56,831 nt of DNA from Oscillospiraceae bacterium. GTDB taxonomy: Bacteria; Bacillota; Clostridia; Oscillospirales; Oscillospiraceae. Under the pieces are notes generated by a model that worked only from the letters and a program-made list of their open reading frames with translations, was not told the origin of the DNA and did not search any database. The stretch spans positions 1 through 56,831 of the forward strand of contig WQTE01000001.1 of assembly GCA_009786445.1 (NCBI GenBank), in the 5' to 3' direction. Positions 43,998 through 53,069 of this stretch are shown piece by piece; within the stretch, counting starts at the first letter, position 1, and every line of letters starts with the position of its first letter. A program made the position numbers and the translations under genes.

Positions 43998-45191
43998 TCA
44001 TCTTGCTGATTTATAGATTTCTATCATTTGTTTTTTGTCCAGTTTCATGAAGTTGCCGATGGTGATTGTCCCCCCGCGTGAGCATTTATCCGCCATGTCT
44101 TCGATATCTTCATCTGAAATATCCTTGCCTACAAGAGCCGTCATGTTTATGGGCATGTCTATTGATTTAAAGTAATCCTCTGTGAGTTTTATTGCTTCAA
44201 GAGCTGTTTTTTCCGGATTTGCTTTATCCTCCGTGAGGTCGAAAACATTGACACCATATCTGACAAAACGCGCTACATTTGTATTATAGACATATCTTGC
44301 CCAAGCGCCCCACACAGCAGCAAGACCCGCACCATGTGTAACATCGTATTTTCCGCTAAGTTCATGCTCAAGCCTGTGCGGTGCAAAGTCGGGTAACAGT
44401 CCAAGCCCTGTGAGGTCGCTGTGAGAAAGGCTTCCCGCCCACATGACTTCGGAACGTGCCTCGTAGTCGTTGGGTTTTTCCATACATATTTTGCCGTAGT
44501 GCATAGTCACTTTGAGTAACTGTTCAGAAATGCGGTCTGTCATTTCGTTGCTCACTCCCGGGGGATTCGGCGGTGAGAAGTAACGGTCCATAGTGTGCAT
44601 CATAATGTCAACTACGCCCGATGCCGTCTGGTAGGGAGGCAGTGTATAGAGCAGTTCGGGATCCATTATCGTAAACTTTGGACGCATAAGGTCTCCGCCT
44701 ATTACGACCTTGATGCCGCCGTCTTCATTTGTGATAACGGTATTTTTGCTTGTTTCGCTTCCTGCTGCGGCGAGTGTCAGAATGTTGCCTGTCGGCAGTG
44801 CCGCTTTAATGGGCTCTTTACCCATGTAGATATCCCAAACATCTGCTTCATTTGCCGCCGCCATTGCAATGCCTTTTGCGCTGTCTATTACACTGCCGCC
44901 GCCCACTGCCATAATGAAGTCTATCTTTTCTTTTTTAACCAGCTCCGCACCCTCGCGTACCAACGTCAGCCTCGGGTTAGGCACAACACCGCCGAGCATC
45001 ACATAGTCTATGCCCTGCTCCTTCATCGAAGCGATAACTGTGTCCATCAAGCCATTTTTCAGTACTCGGTCACTGCCGTAGTGTAACAGTACCTTTGTTC
45101 CCCCGTATTGCTTGATGGCACCGCCAACCTTCGGAGCTCCGCCTTTTCCAAAAAAAATCTTGGTCGGAGTGTAAAATTCAAAACTATTCAT
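43998..45191 (-). CDS. Iron-containing alcohol dehydrogenase (butanol dehydrogenase/YqhD-like)
   Basis: 397 aa. FYTPTKIFFGKG, AVGGGSVIDSAKGIA, and a His-rich metal motif region (HSDLTG...HRLEHELSGKYDVTHGAG). Confidence 0.85.
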   Translation of the reverse strand: MNSFEFYTPTKIFFGKGGAPKVGGAIKQYGGTKVLLHYGSDRVLKNGLMDTVIASMKEQGIDYVMLGGVVPNPRLTLVREGAELVKKEKIDFIMAVGGGSVIDSAKGIAMAAANEADVWDIYMGKEPIKAALPTGNILTLAAAGSETSKNTVITNEDGGIKVVIGGDLMRPKFTIMDPELLYTLPPYQTASGVVDIMMHTMDRYFSPPNPPGVSNEMTDRISEQLLKVTMHYGKICMEKPNDYEARSEVMWAGSLSHSDLTGLGLLPDFAPHRLEHELSGKYDVTHGAGLAAVWGAWARYVYNTNVARFVRYGVNVFDLTEDKANPEKTALEAIKLTEDYFKSIDMPINMTALVGKDISDEDIEDMADKCSRGGTITIGNFMKLDKKQMIEIYKSAR

Positions 45192-45224
45192 ATTGAGGTT
45201 CCTTTCTTTTTTAAGAGATTATTA

Positions 45225-45261
45225 TATCCGGGGCAGTAAAAACACACAGCACTGCCCCGGA
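45225..45261 (-). terminator. Perfect 12-bp GC-rich hairpin between permease and Fe-ADH genes
   Basis: ATCCGGGGCAGT / ACTGCCCCGGAT with a 13-nt loop. Only a weak T-tract on the minus strand. Confidence 0.45.
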
Positions 45262-45297
45262 TTGTATCACACTTGCGGATAATATGCTATTGCTAAA

Positions 45298-46347
45298 TTA
45301 TGTAGCTTCTTTTGTTCCATCCAAACGTCTTTGGAGAAGTACTGCGCCGATAACAATTAAGCCTCTTGCCGCACCGTGCAGGAACGGGTCTACGCCCATA
45401 ATGGCAAGCAAGTTGGTCATAACACCGAGTGTAAGCACACCAAAGAAAGTGCCTGAAATCCTGCCCTTTCCACCTGCCATGCTGGCTCCTCCGATGACAA
45501 CTGCGGCGATAGCATCCAGATTATGCTCAACACCGGTAGCAGCACTACTGATGGCTCCTACACGTGCTGTTTCTACAACCGCACCCAGTGCAACCATGGC
45601 ACCGCAAATTGCAAATCCGAGAATTCTTATTTTGTCAACCTTGATACCTGAGAGCTTTGCGGCTTTTTCGTTGCTGCCCGTGGCGAATATATGACGTCCT
45701 GTGGCTGTATGCGATGTAAATAGGTACATCAGAACGCACAGCGCAATCCAGTATATAATCGGAAGTGGTATACCTATAAAATCATCGGTCTGGAACAGAT
45801 TGACATTTGAGATGTTTTGATAAATCCGTGCCACTTCAACATCTCTGTCTGCTCCGACACCTCCGGGCGGGATTCCGACCATAAGTCCGCCGCCCGTCAG
45901 CCCGTACAGGACAATGGAGCGGAATATAGTCATTGTACCGAGAGTAACGATGAAAGACGGCACCTTGAATTTTGCAACCAGAACGCCTTCCAGAAGACCT
46001 GTTATTATACCCGCTGCCACACATGCAAGCATGGCTAGGAATATGTTACGCGTTGCATTAAAGACTTCAATAGAAATCCATCCGACCAACGCAAGCTGTG
46101 CGCCTACAGATAAGCTGACACCGCCCAATACAATAACCAAGGTCATGCCCAAGGCAATAATGCCTATGATAGCGTTATGCCGCATGATATTAAGAATGTT
46201 TACCGGTTGGAGGAATATTTCCCCCCTGAGTATTATTGCCATTATGAATAGTAATAAAAAGGCGAATAACGCGGCATTATTACCAAGAAACCTCATGATA
46301 TCCTTGCCCCGTATGTTGCGTACCTTTGTAAGAGCATGATCGAGCAT
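45298..46347 (-). CDS. Sugar ABC transporter permease (RbsC type)
   Basis: 349 aa polytopic. GGVSLSVGAQ and IGGASMAGGKGRISG motifs. Confidence 0.85.
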   Translation of the reverse strand: MLDHALTKVRNIRGKDIMRFLGNNAALFAFLLLFIMAIILRGEIFLQPVNILNIMRHNAIIGIIALGMTLVIVLGGVSLSVGAQLALVGWISIEVFNATRNIFLAMLACVAAGIITGLLEGVLVAKFKVPSFIVTLGTMTIFRSIVLYGLTGGGLMVGIPPGGVGADRDVEVARIYQNISNVNLFQTDDFIGIPLPIIYWIALCVLMYLFTSHTATGRHIFATGSNEKAAKLSGIKVDKIRILGFAICGAMVALGAVVETARVGAISSAATGVEHNLDAIAAVVIGGASMAGGKGRISGTFFGVLTLGVMTNLLAIMGVDPFLHGAARGLIVIGAVLLQRRLDGTKEAT

Positions 46348-46409
46348 TGTTTGGCCTCCTAAAGCAAATTATAGTTTATAGTTTGATGTGGGTTTCATAA
46401 CGCAGGTTT

Positions 46410-47933
46410 CTATGCTGTCGCAGCAGTCTTTACTGATTCATCGACACCACCCGTTGCAAGGAACATAATTTTTTGTTCCGTAGCCTCGGAGCGGTCAAGT
46501 TCTGCACGTATCTCTCCTTCGAACATTACAAAGATACGGTCACACAGCATTAATACTTCGGGAGCCTCGCTCGAAAGCACAAAGAAGCTTACGCCTTGTT
46601 GTGCAAGCTGCATTATCAAGCTGTAGATTTCAAGCTTTGCCCCAACGTCAACACCTTGCGTTGGGTTGTCCATTATAATCAAATCCGGGTTAGTGCCAAG
46701 AGCCTTTGCCAGCACTGCCTTTTGTTGGTTGCCGCCGGATAAGCTTGTTATAGGATTTTTTACGTTGTGAACACTCATAGAGAGTTCTTTGATGTACTTA
46801 TCTGTAAATCCGCGCTCTTTCCTTCGGCTGATGAGCAAGAGGTTTTTCAGCTTTTCTACAACAGACAATGTCATATTTGTAGCGATGTTCAAATCCTTTA
46901 CTATGCCGTTTTCTTTACGGTTTCGCGGAACATAGGATACGCCCCCTTTAAGGGATTTGTTGCGAGAATTCATTTTGACCTTTTGACCTCGGAGTATTAT
47001 TTCTCCTTTGTAGGGAGAGTTAGCGCCAACGACACTTTCAAAAAGTTCATTGCGCCCATCACCCAGCAGCCCTGTAAATCCTACGATTTCGCCTTTTTTT
47101 ATTGAAAAGTCTGCATTTTTGAATTCTCTTTCACGCTCAAGACCTTTTACTTCAAGAAGCATATCTCCTGTTTCACGCTTAACGTAAAGTCCGTCATAGC
47201 TTAGCTCTCGCCCTACCATGTGGGTAGCTATCACATGTTCGTTTATCGTGTCGTCTATTAATCCGGTAGCTACCATATACCCATTGCGGAGCACCGTGTA
47301 GCGGTCGCATATTTGCATGACTTCACCCAGTTTATGTGAAATAAACACTATGCTTATGCCTTGATCTCGCAATGAGCTCATCATCTTAAATACATTGGCA
47401 ATCTCAACATCAGTGAGTGATGCTGTTGGTTCATCCATTATTATTATCTTCGCATCGTGCATGAGTATTCTCGCGATTTCTACGACCTGCTTATAGGAAG
47501 TGTTGAGTTCCCTGACAGGGGTTTTCGGGTCAAGGTCAACCCCCACGCGGTCTAAAATCTCTTTACTCTTTTCAATCATGGTTTTTTTATCGAGAAGCGG
47601 ACCTTTTTTAATTTCGTCTCCGATAAATAGGTTTTCAAATATCGTCAAGTCATTTAAAAGAGTTAATTCTTGATGCACAAAACCTATGCCGAGCTTTTTA
47701 GCGGCGATAGTGTCCGCTATTTTTTTTAGGGTTTTACCCCCAATTTCGATTGTTCCCTCATCGGGTGGCAGTACACCGCCCAATATGTTCATGAGTGTGG
47801 ATTTGCCTGCGCCATTCTCTCCGAGCAGAGCGTGGATGCTTCCCTTGTACAGATTAAGTTCTACACCGTGTAAAACTTTGTTCTCGGAAAATGATTTATC
47901 TATGCCTTTCATGCTTACGACTATATCAGACAT
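46410..47933 (-). CDS. Sugar ABC transporter ATP-binding protein (duplicated NBD)
   Basis: 507 aa. GENGAGKST, LSGGNQQK, IIMDEPT. Confidence 0.9.
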   Translation of the reverse strand: MSDIVVSMKGIDKSFSENKVLHGVELNLYKGSIHALLGENGAGKSTLMNILGGVLPPDEGTIEIGGKTLKKIADTIAAKKLGIGFVHQELTLLNDLTIFENLFIGDEIKKGPLLDKKTMIEKSKEILDRVGVDLDPKTPVRELNTSYKQVVEIARILMHDAKIIIMDEPTASLTDVEIANVFKMMSSLRDQGISIVFISHKLGEVMQICDRYTVLRNGYMVATGLIDDTINEHVIATHMVGRELSYDGLYVKRETGDMLLEVKGLEREREFKNADFSIKKGEIVGFTGLLGDGRNELFESVVGANSPYKGEIILRGQKVKMNSRNKSLKGGVSYVPRNRKENGIVKDLNIATNMTLSVVEKLKNLLLISRRKERGFTDKYIKELSMSVHNVKNPITSLSGGNQQKAVLAKALGTNPDLIIMDNPTQGVDVGAKLEIYSLIMQLAQQGVSFFVLSSEAPEVLMLCDRIFVMFEGEIRAELDRSEATEQKIMFLATGGVDESVKTAATA

Positions 47934-47952
47934 TATTTTTCACCTTTTTATG

Positions 47953-47981
47953 TGGCGGGGCATAGCGTATATGCCCCGCCA
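47953..47981 (-). other. Intercistronic perfect hairpin after the binding-protein gene
   Basis: 12-bp stem TGGCGGGGCATA / TATGCCCCGCCA with a 5-nt loop, between the SBP stop (48016) and the ATPase start (47933). Typical position of an mRNA-stabilising or attenuating hairpin in ABC operons. Confidence 0.5.
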
Positions 47982-48015
47982 GTGTTTGATAGTTTTTATT
48001 TGTGTGCGTTATGCC

Positions 48016-49062
48016 TTAGTATGGCGTATCATCGTTGAACCATTCTGCAACGTTGTCTCTGTCAACGAGGTTTGGCGGAATAATCGTCTCTCTTGGTGCT
48101 CCTCTGCCCATTACGATGTCATATGCGTATTGTATAGCTTGCATAACCATGGACGGATGGTATGTGTATGTGAAGAGATAGATTTGGTCAGCATAGTCGT
48201 CAATTGCGCGGAACCAGACCTGCCAGCCGCCGGAGCCTGAAATACTTTGGATATCATCAAGTCTGCCTGCTTCTCTTACAGCATTCAGTACGCCGATTGA
48301 AGAAACGTCGTTGATAGAAATGATAGCATCAAGTGTGCCTACAGGGTTGGCGACAAGAAGTGCTTCTACTTGCTCCATAGCATCGTCAAGACTGAATGTT
48401 GTTGTTGTGAAGTGGATAATATTTATATCCGGGAAGTCTGGTATTACTTCTTGGATACCTGCCCAACGATGAGCATCAATTGCGCCTGTTTCCGGTGCGC
48501 GTTGAATCGCTACTGTACCTGAACCGCCAATGAGTTCGAATGTACGGCGTGCAATTCTTCTGCCGATTTCAGGGTTGTCGCCTGTCAGATATGCGCTCCA
48601 GCCCGGAGAATAAACCCAACGGTCAAACAGAACCCAAGGAACTCCGGATTCGTCGATACGGTCAGCAGCAGGTGTAACTTCTGCATTGTGCGGAAGAAGC
48701 ACGATGAGTGACGGATTCATTGCAAGTGCAATGTCGATTTGAGCAGACTGGTCAGCCACGTCTGTGGATGTCAGATAGTAAAAGCCCATTTTGTTGTCTA
48801 AGTCCAGCTCGTTTGCTTTCTCGCGAGCAAAGAAGTATACAGCTGCATGCCAGTCATGCACAGGGTTCAGTGCCAATAGTACGATGGGGCCCATACCGTC
48901 CTCGGGCTCGGGTGCGGGATCTTCACCTGGAGGTGCCGGATCCGCTGCAGGTGCAGGTGTCGGTGCTGGTGTCGGTGCCGGTGCCGCCGGGGCACATGCT
49001 GCCACCATCACCACCATCATAGCTACTACCAGTAAGATGCCTAAAATTTTACGTTTTTTCAT
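48016..49062 (-). CDS. Sugar ABC transporter substrate-binding lipoprotein
   Basis: Lipobox VAAC followed by a Pro/Ala/Thr-rich tether (APAPTPAPTPAPAADPAPPGEDPAPEPE) and a PBP-type domain. Confidence 0.75.
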   Translation of the reverse strand: MKKRKILGILLVVAMMVVMVAACAPAAPAPTPAPTPAPAADPAPPGEDPAPEPEDGMGPIVLLALNPVHDWHAAVYFFAREKANELDLDNKMGFYYLTSTDVADQSAQIDIALAMNPSLIVLLPHNAEVTPAADRIDESGVPWVLFDRWVYSPGWSAYLTGDNPEIGRRIARRTFELIGGSGTVAIQRAPETGAIDAHRWAGIQEVIPDFPDINIIHFTTTTFSLDDAMEQVEALLVANPVGTLDAIISINDVSSIGVLNAVREAGRLDDIQSISGSGGWQVWFRAIDDYADQIYLFTYTYHPSMVMQAIQYAYDIVMGRGAPRETIIPPNLVDRDNVAEWFNDDTPY

Positions 49063-49437
49063 TCATTTCTCCTCTCAAAATTTACAAAAGTATTAATTTT
49101 TTGTTTCTTCCTATAATACAGTCTGAATTCGCTCGTGCTGGTAGTTGCATTTGCGAAGCCGACTCTATTAACCACGAAATTGAGGCATAATTGCGTATGC
49201 ATTGCAACAGTAAAAGATGTATTAACTTTATCCGTAAAATGCTACCATTTCATCCAGTAGCATTTGTGCTTTTAAAACGAACAACTGTTCCGCAATCGCA
49301 ATGTTACCACACAAAATTTCATAAATCAATAATAATTTTTTAATTATACATAATTTTGTAATATTCAACAAATAATTTCATCCATTTTTATGACATCGTA
49401 CAGTTTTGTATTTTTTTATATTTTTTTGTGTCAATTG

Positions 49438-49466
49438 TTGACTTAACGCTTTTATAGCTATATAAT
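49438..49466 (+). promoter_or_regulatory. Near-consensus sigma-70 promoter of the ADH-sorC unit
   Basis: TTGACT (49438-49443), 17-nt spacer, TATAAT (49461-49466). Confidence 0.65.
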
Positions 49467-49468
49467 GA

Positions 49469-49506
49469 TTACAAATGTAACCAGACATTACATCGGACAC
49501 TACATC
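49469..49506. promoter_or_regulatory. Operator-like repeats just downstream of the -10 box
   Basis: Inverted repeat TTACA-AA-TGTAA (49469-49480), followed by a tandem direct repeat GACATTACATC / GACACTACATC (49484-49494, 49496-49506). Confidence 0.4.
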
Positions 49507-49539
49507 ACTTATTTTTGTAAACTTTAAAGGAGAGTATAT

Positions 49540-50583
49540 ATGTTAGCTTATCTTCTCGACCAAAACGGCTCAATTTCAATACAAAACGTTCCCGAGCCAA
49601 GTCCGGCAGAGCAAAACGCCATTCTCAAAGTGAAGTCGGCATCTATTTGCGGTACTGATTTTCGGACGTTTATGCACGGCAACACCAAAATAGACCCTCC
49701 CAGAATTTTGGGTCATGAAAGTGCGGGCGAGATTGTCCACGCAGGAGCTTTTGCAAAGGCTCACGGCATAGAGCCCGGTCAAAGGGTAACTGTTGCTCCC
49801 GCCATCGGGTGCGGTGAGTGCTGGCCTTGCAAAACCGGACACACCAATATGTGCGACAACTTAACAACCTTGGGCTTTCAGTATGAGGGCGCGTTTGCAG
49901 AGTATATGGAAATACCGATGCAAGCTATTAAGATGGGTAATGTTTTGCCTATACCTGAAAACGTAGATTATGACGATGCGGTTTTGGCAGAGCCGGCTGC
50001 GTGCGGGCTGAATGCTCAGTCTTATCTCCACATCACAAAAGGCGATTACGTAGTTATATACGGCAGCGGATTTATAGGCTGTGTACACGCCGAACTTGCA
50101 AAACTTGCAGGGGCAGACAAAGTTATTATGGTTGAGATTGCGGCGCCGCGCCGTGAAATCGCAGAGCAGATGGTGCCCGGCATAGAAATTATCGATCCGG
50201 TTGCTGAAAATACCGCAGAGCAGATTTCACGCCTTACCGGCAAGCGCGGTGCAAATGTAGTTATAACCGCACTTTCTGTACCGCAGATTCATACCGAGGC
50301 GCTTGAGGTTGCTTCAAAAATGGGCCGCATAAGCCTGTTTGGCGGCATACCCGGCGATGGCAAGGGGTATCTTGACAGCAATTTGATACATTATAAAGAA
50401 TTGTGCGTGTATGGTGCTCACGCCACGCCGCCTTCTATGATAAAAGATCTCTTAAATCGCGTTGCCGCGGGCAATATGAATCTTAAAAAATATATCACTA
50501 AAAAACTTCCCCTAACCGAAATTGAAAGCGGCTTCATAGCACTCAGAGACGAAAACGCAATGAAAATCGTGCTCAACCCATAA
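49540..50583 (+). CDS. Zn-dependent MDR dehydrogenase (threonine/sorbitol dehydrogenase-like)
   Basis: ICGTDFR, GHESAG, CGECWPCKTGHTNMC, GSGFIG. AAAGGAGAG RBS. Confidence 0.8.
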   Translation: MLAYLLDQNGSISIQNVPEPSPAEQNAILKVKSASICGTDFRTFMHGNTKIDPPRILGHESAGEIVHAGAFAKAHGIEPGQRVTVAPAIGCGECWPCKTGHTNMCDNLTTLGFQYEGAFAEYMEIPMQAIKMGNVLPIPENVDYDDAVLAEPAACGLNAQSYLHITKGDYVVIYGSGFIGCVHAELAKLAGADKVIMVEIAAPRREIAEQMVPGIEIIDPVAENTAEQISRLTGKRGANVVITALSVPQIHTEALEVASKMGRISLFGGIPGDGKGYLDSNLIHYKELCVYGAHATPPSMIKDLLNRVAAGNMNLKKYITKKLPLTEIESGFIALRDENAMKIVLNP

Positions 50584-50621
50584 AACATATCGCAAGAATA
50601 TGAGAGGAATGGTCATTTTAT

Positions 50622-51584
50622 ATGGATTACAAAAGAATAGATCTACTGGTCAATGTCGCAAAACTTTATTATGAGCACGGATATAACCAGAATATGATTG
50701 CAAAAAAACTCAATCTCTCTCGACCGTATATATCAAAACTGCTCTCACAAGCTATGGATGAAGGGATTATTACTATTAAGATTAACGATCCTTCCCACAC
50801 CGAAACCCCCTTAGAGAGGGAGCTTAGACAGCGCTTTGCTTTGCGTAAAGTTATAATCGTGCCTCAGAGCATGGATAAGACCCCGCTTGCAAAAGTCGGT
50901 CTTGCCTGTGCCAGATACTTAAATACTATTGTTTCCAGTGACGATGTTGTTGGTGTTTCGTGGGGCTCAACCATGTTTGCTTGTGCACAAAACGCCATTG
51001 CTAGAGAAGACCTTACAGGTGTCACCGTTGTGCAGCTTTGCGGTGGTATTACGAACATTGACCGCAACATATATGCAAGCGAAATACCGCAGCTTTTTGC
51101 TACGGCGTTCGGTGCTTCACCATACATTCTGCCTCTGCCCGCGATAGTAGATGATGCCCAGGTCAAGCATTCTATGCTCACCGACAGCACCATAAATCAT
51201 GTCATGGACTATGCGCATAAAGCGAATATTGCTATCTTCACCGTTGGTCAATTCGGGGAGGATAACGCTTTGATTCATGCGGGTTATCTGTCCGGTTTTC
51301 CACAAAAAAAGCTGGATGAGGCGGGAGCTGTTGGGGATGTCTGCTCACACTTCATTGACGAAAAAGGAAATCTTTGCGATACAGGTCTTGACGAGAGAAC
51401 TATAGGGCTTTCTTTGGGAGATCTAAAGAAAAAGGACTATCGCATTGCTGTTGCCGTAGGTCAGAAAAAAATCAGAAGTATCTGTGGCTCGCTCAACGGC
51501 GGGTACGTAAATGTACTCATTACCGATGAAGACACAGCACACGGTGTAATAACTCGCCTTGACAAACTGGCATCACGCTCCTGA
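50622..51584 (+). CDS. SorC/DeoR(B. subtilis-type)-family sugar-phosphate-binding transcriptional regulator
   Basis: N-terminal HTH (LVNVAKLYYEHGYNQNMIAKKLNLSRPYISKLLSQAMDEGII) plus a C-terminal sugar-binding domain (VGVSWGST..., ..GAVGDVCSHFID..G), as in CggR/DeoR/SorC. Confidence 0.8.
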   Translation: MDYKRIDLLVNVAKLYYEHGYNQNMIAKKLNLSRPYISKLLSQAMDEGIITIKINDPSHTETPLERELRQRFALRKVIIVPQSMDKTPLAKVGLACARYLNTIVSSDDVVGVSWGSTMFACAQNAIAREDLTGVTVVQLCGGITNIDRNIYASEIPQLFATAFGASPYILPLPAIVDDAQVKHSMLTDSTINHVMDYAHKANIAIFTVGQFGEDNALIHAGYLSGFPQKKLDEAGAVGDVCSHFIDEKGNLCDTGLDERTIGLSLGDLKKKDYRIAVAVGQKKIRSICGSLNGGYVNVLITDEDTAHGVITRLDKLASRS

Positions 51585-51614
51585 TTTTGTTGGTCGTCAG
51601 TCTTGTTTAGAGCT

Positions 51615-53069
51615 TTAAGTCATGGGTAGTTCATCGCCCCTGTCAACTATTGCAAATCTGTCGAGCAGGGCGTTTTGAAGTGCCATTCGTGTGATGAAAA
51701 ATCCTGTATTTTCTCCGTTTTTCACAATCAAAAACTGCGAATGGTATAGCGCATAGAGTTCCATGGTTTCACTGCTGCCGTCAAGCATGTGTAGTGTTAC
51801 CGTGTAGTTCGGCGAGGCGCCGAGTGGGACTTGCTCCTGCGTTATGCCGCTTTGCATGATGCTCAAGGCTGATATGTACAGCCTTCGGGCATTTGTTTCG
51901 CTGATTTCTACATCGTCGAGAAATCCCGTCAAACTGTCATTTTCGCGGTCATGTTCAAGCCTCAGCACACGGGTTTCATCCTCCAGTTCAAATGTAACAA
52001 AACCTACATCTACGATATTATGCAGCCACAGAAGTCTGGCTCGCAAAATAGCGGGCTGTATGTTGAGAAACAGGTATTCTCCGGCTCTGTCCAGGAGCAC
52101 CGCATCATAGCCCTCAATCATAACGTAGGTTCCTGTCCCGTCTGCATTGCGATTACCTATCAAAAGCGTTCTCTCCCAGCTCTCCGACGAAAGGGTGAGT
52201 CTTGACGGTGTATCAAGCCCAAATATTGATAAGTCTGTCGGCCGCTTTGCCTCAACACTTGAAGGCATTATTTGTATAAAGTCCTCTAAAAGCGAGGTTT
52301 GAACCATGTGATCGCTGGCATCACCCACTATTGGCTGCAACATTTGATATCTGGCTGCGCCCAGCGTTAGGAAAACTTCTTCGTCCGTGCGCCTGTAAAA
52401 CTCCAGCACAGTATCTTCTCTTTCAATGAGAATATGGTCAAAAATATCCATAATTGATTCTGCTCTCTCAAGGATTGAGTGCGGGATAAAAGTGAGGTCG
52501 TACATATCCTCCAGCGTGATTAGAAGAAGGCTGCTCTGCCGCTCAGTCAGTATTACAATTTCACGGCTGCCTTCACTGCGTGCAAAACGTCCCGTGCCTA
52601 CAACCTGCTCCGCACCGAGCATAAATCTCTCCGATGAACCATCTGTGCGGTTTATTTCCCATGTCAAAACAGGGTCGTTTAAACCGAACATATTGAGCTC
52701 ATCATCTGTGGCGTTTTCCGCTATCACAGCCACATTTGTCAATGATATGGCACCTAAGAAAACCGCGTTTAGCCTTGATCTCTCTCCCGGAAAAACCGGG
52801 TCGTCTGCATCGAGTTTCAGCTCAAAGCTTCCATTATCTGTCGTCTCTTTGAGCAAACTATAGTGCGCTCCGTACCGTGGTGTGAAAATTACCGATGCAA
52901 CTTCGTCTAAAGCAATGTTTACTAAATCAGCCCGCACGATTTCTTCGGGCGGCGGGATGTCTTGCTGATTGCTCTCAGGTTCACCCTGAGGCCAGAGAGT
53001 CAGTGCCGCAATACCTGCCGACAACAGTACCACTGCGGCTATTGCAATAATGAGATTTTTCCGTCGCAT
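51615..53069 (-). CDS. DUF4340-like membrane-anchored protein
   Basis: 484 aa with an N-terminal TM anchor and a repetitive beta-rich ectodomain. Characteristic position downstream of a GldG-like gene. Family call rests on context and memory. Confidence 0.5.
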   Translation of the reverse strand: MRRKNLIIAIAAVVLLSAGIAALTLWPQGEPESNQQDIPPPEEIVRADLVNIALDEVASVIFTPRYGAHYSLLKETTDNGSFELKLDADDPVFPGERSRLNAVFLGAISLTNVAVIAENATDDELNMFGLNDPVLTWEINRTDGSSERFMLGAEQVVGTGRFARSEGSREIVILTERQSSLLLITLEDMYDLTFIPHSILERAESIMDIFDHILIEREDTVLEFYRRTDEEVFLTLGAARYQMLQPIVGDASDHMVQTSLLEDFIQIMPSSVEAKRPTDLSIFGLDTPSRLTLSSESWERTLLIGNRNADGTGTYVMIEGYDAVLLDRAGEYLFLNIQPAILRARLLWLHNIVDVGFVTFELEDETRVLRLEHDRENDSLTGFLDDVEISETNARRLYISALSIMQSGITQEQVPLGASPNYTVTLHMLDGSSETMELYALYHSQFLIVKNGENTGFFITRMALQNALLDRFAIVDRGDELPMT

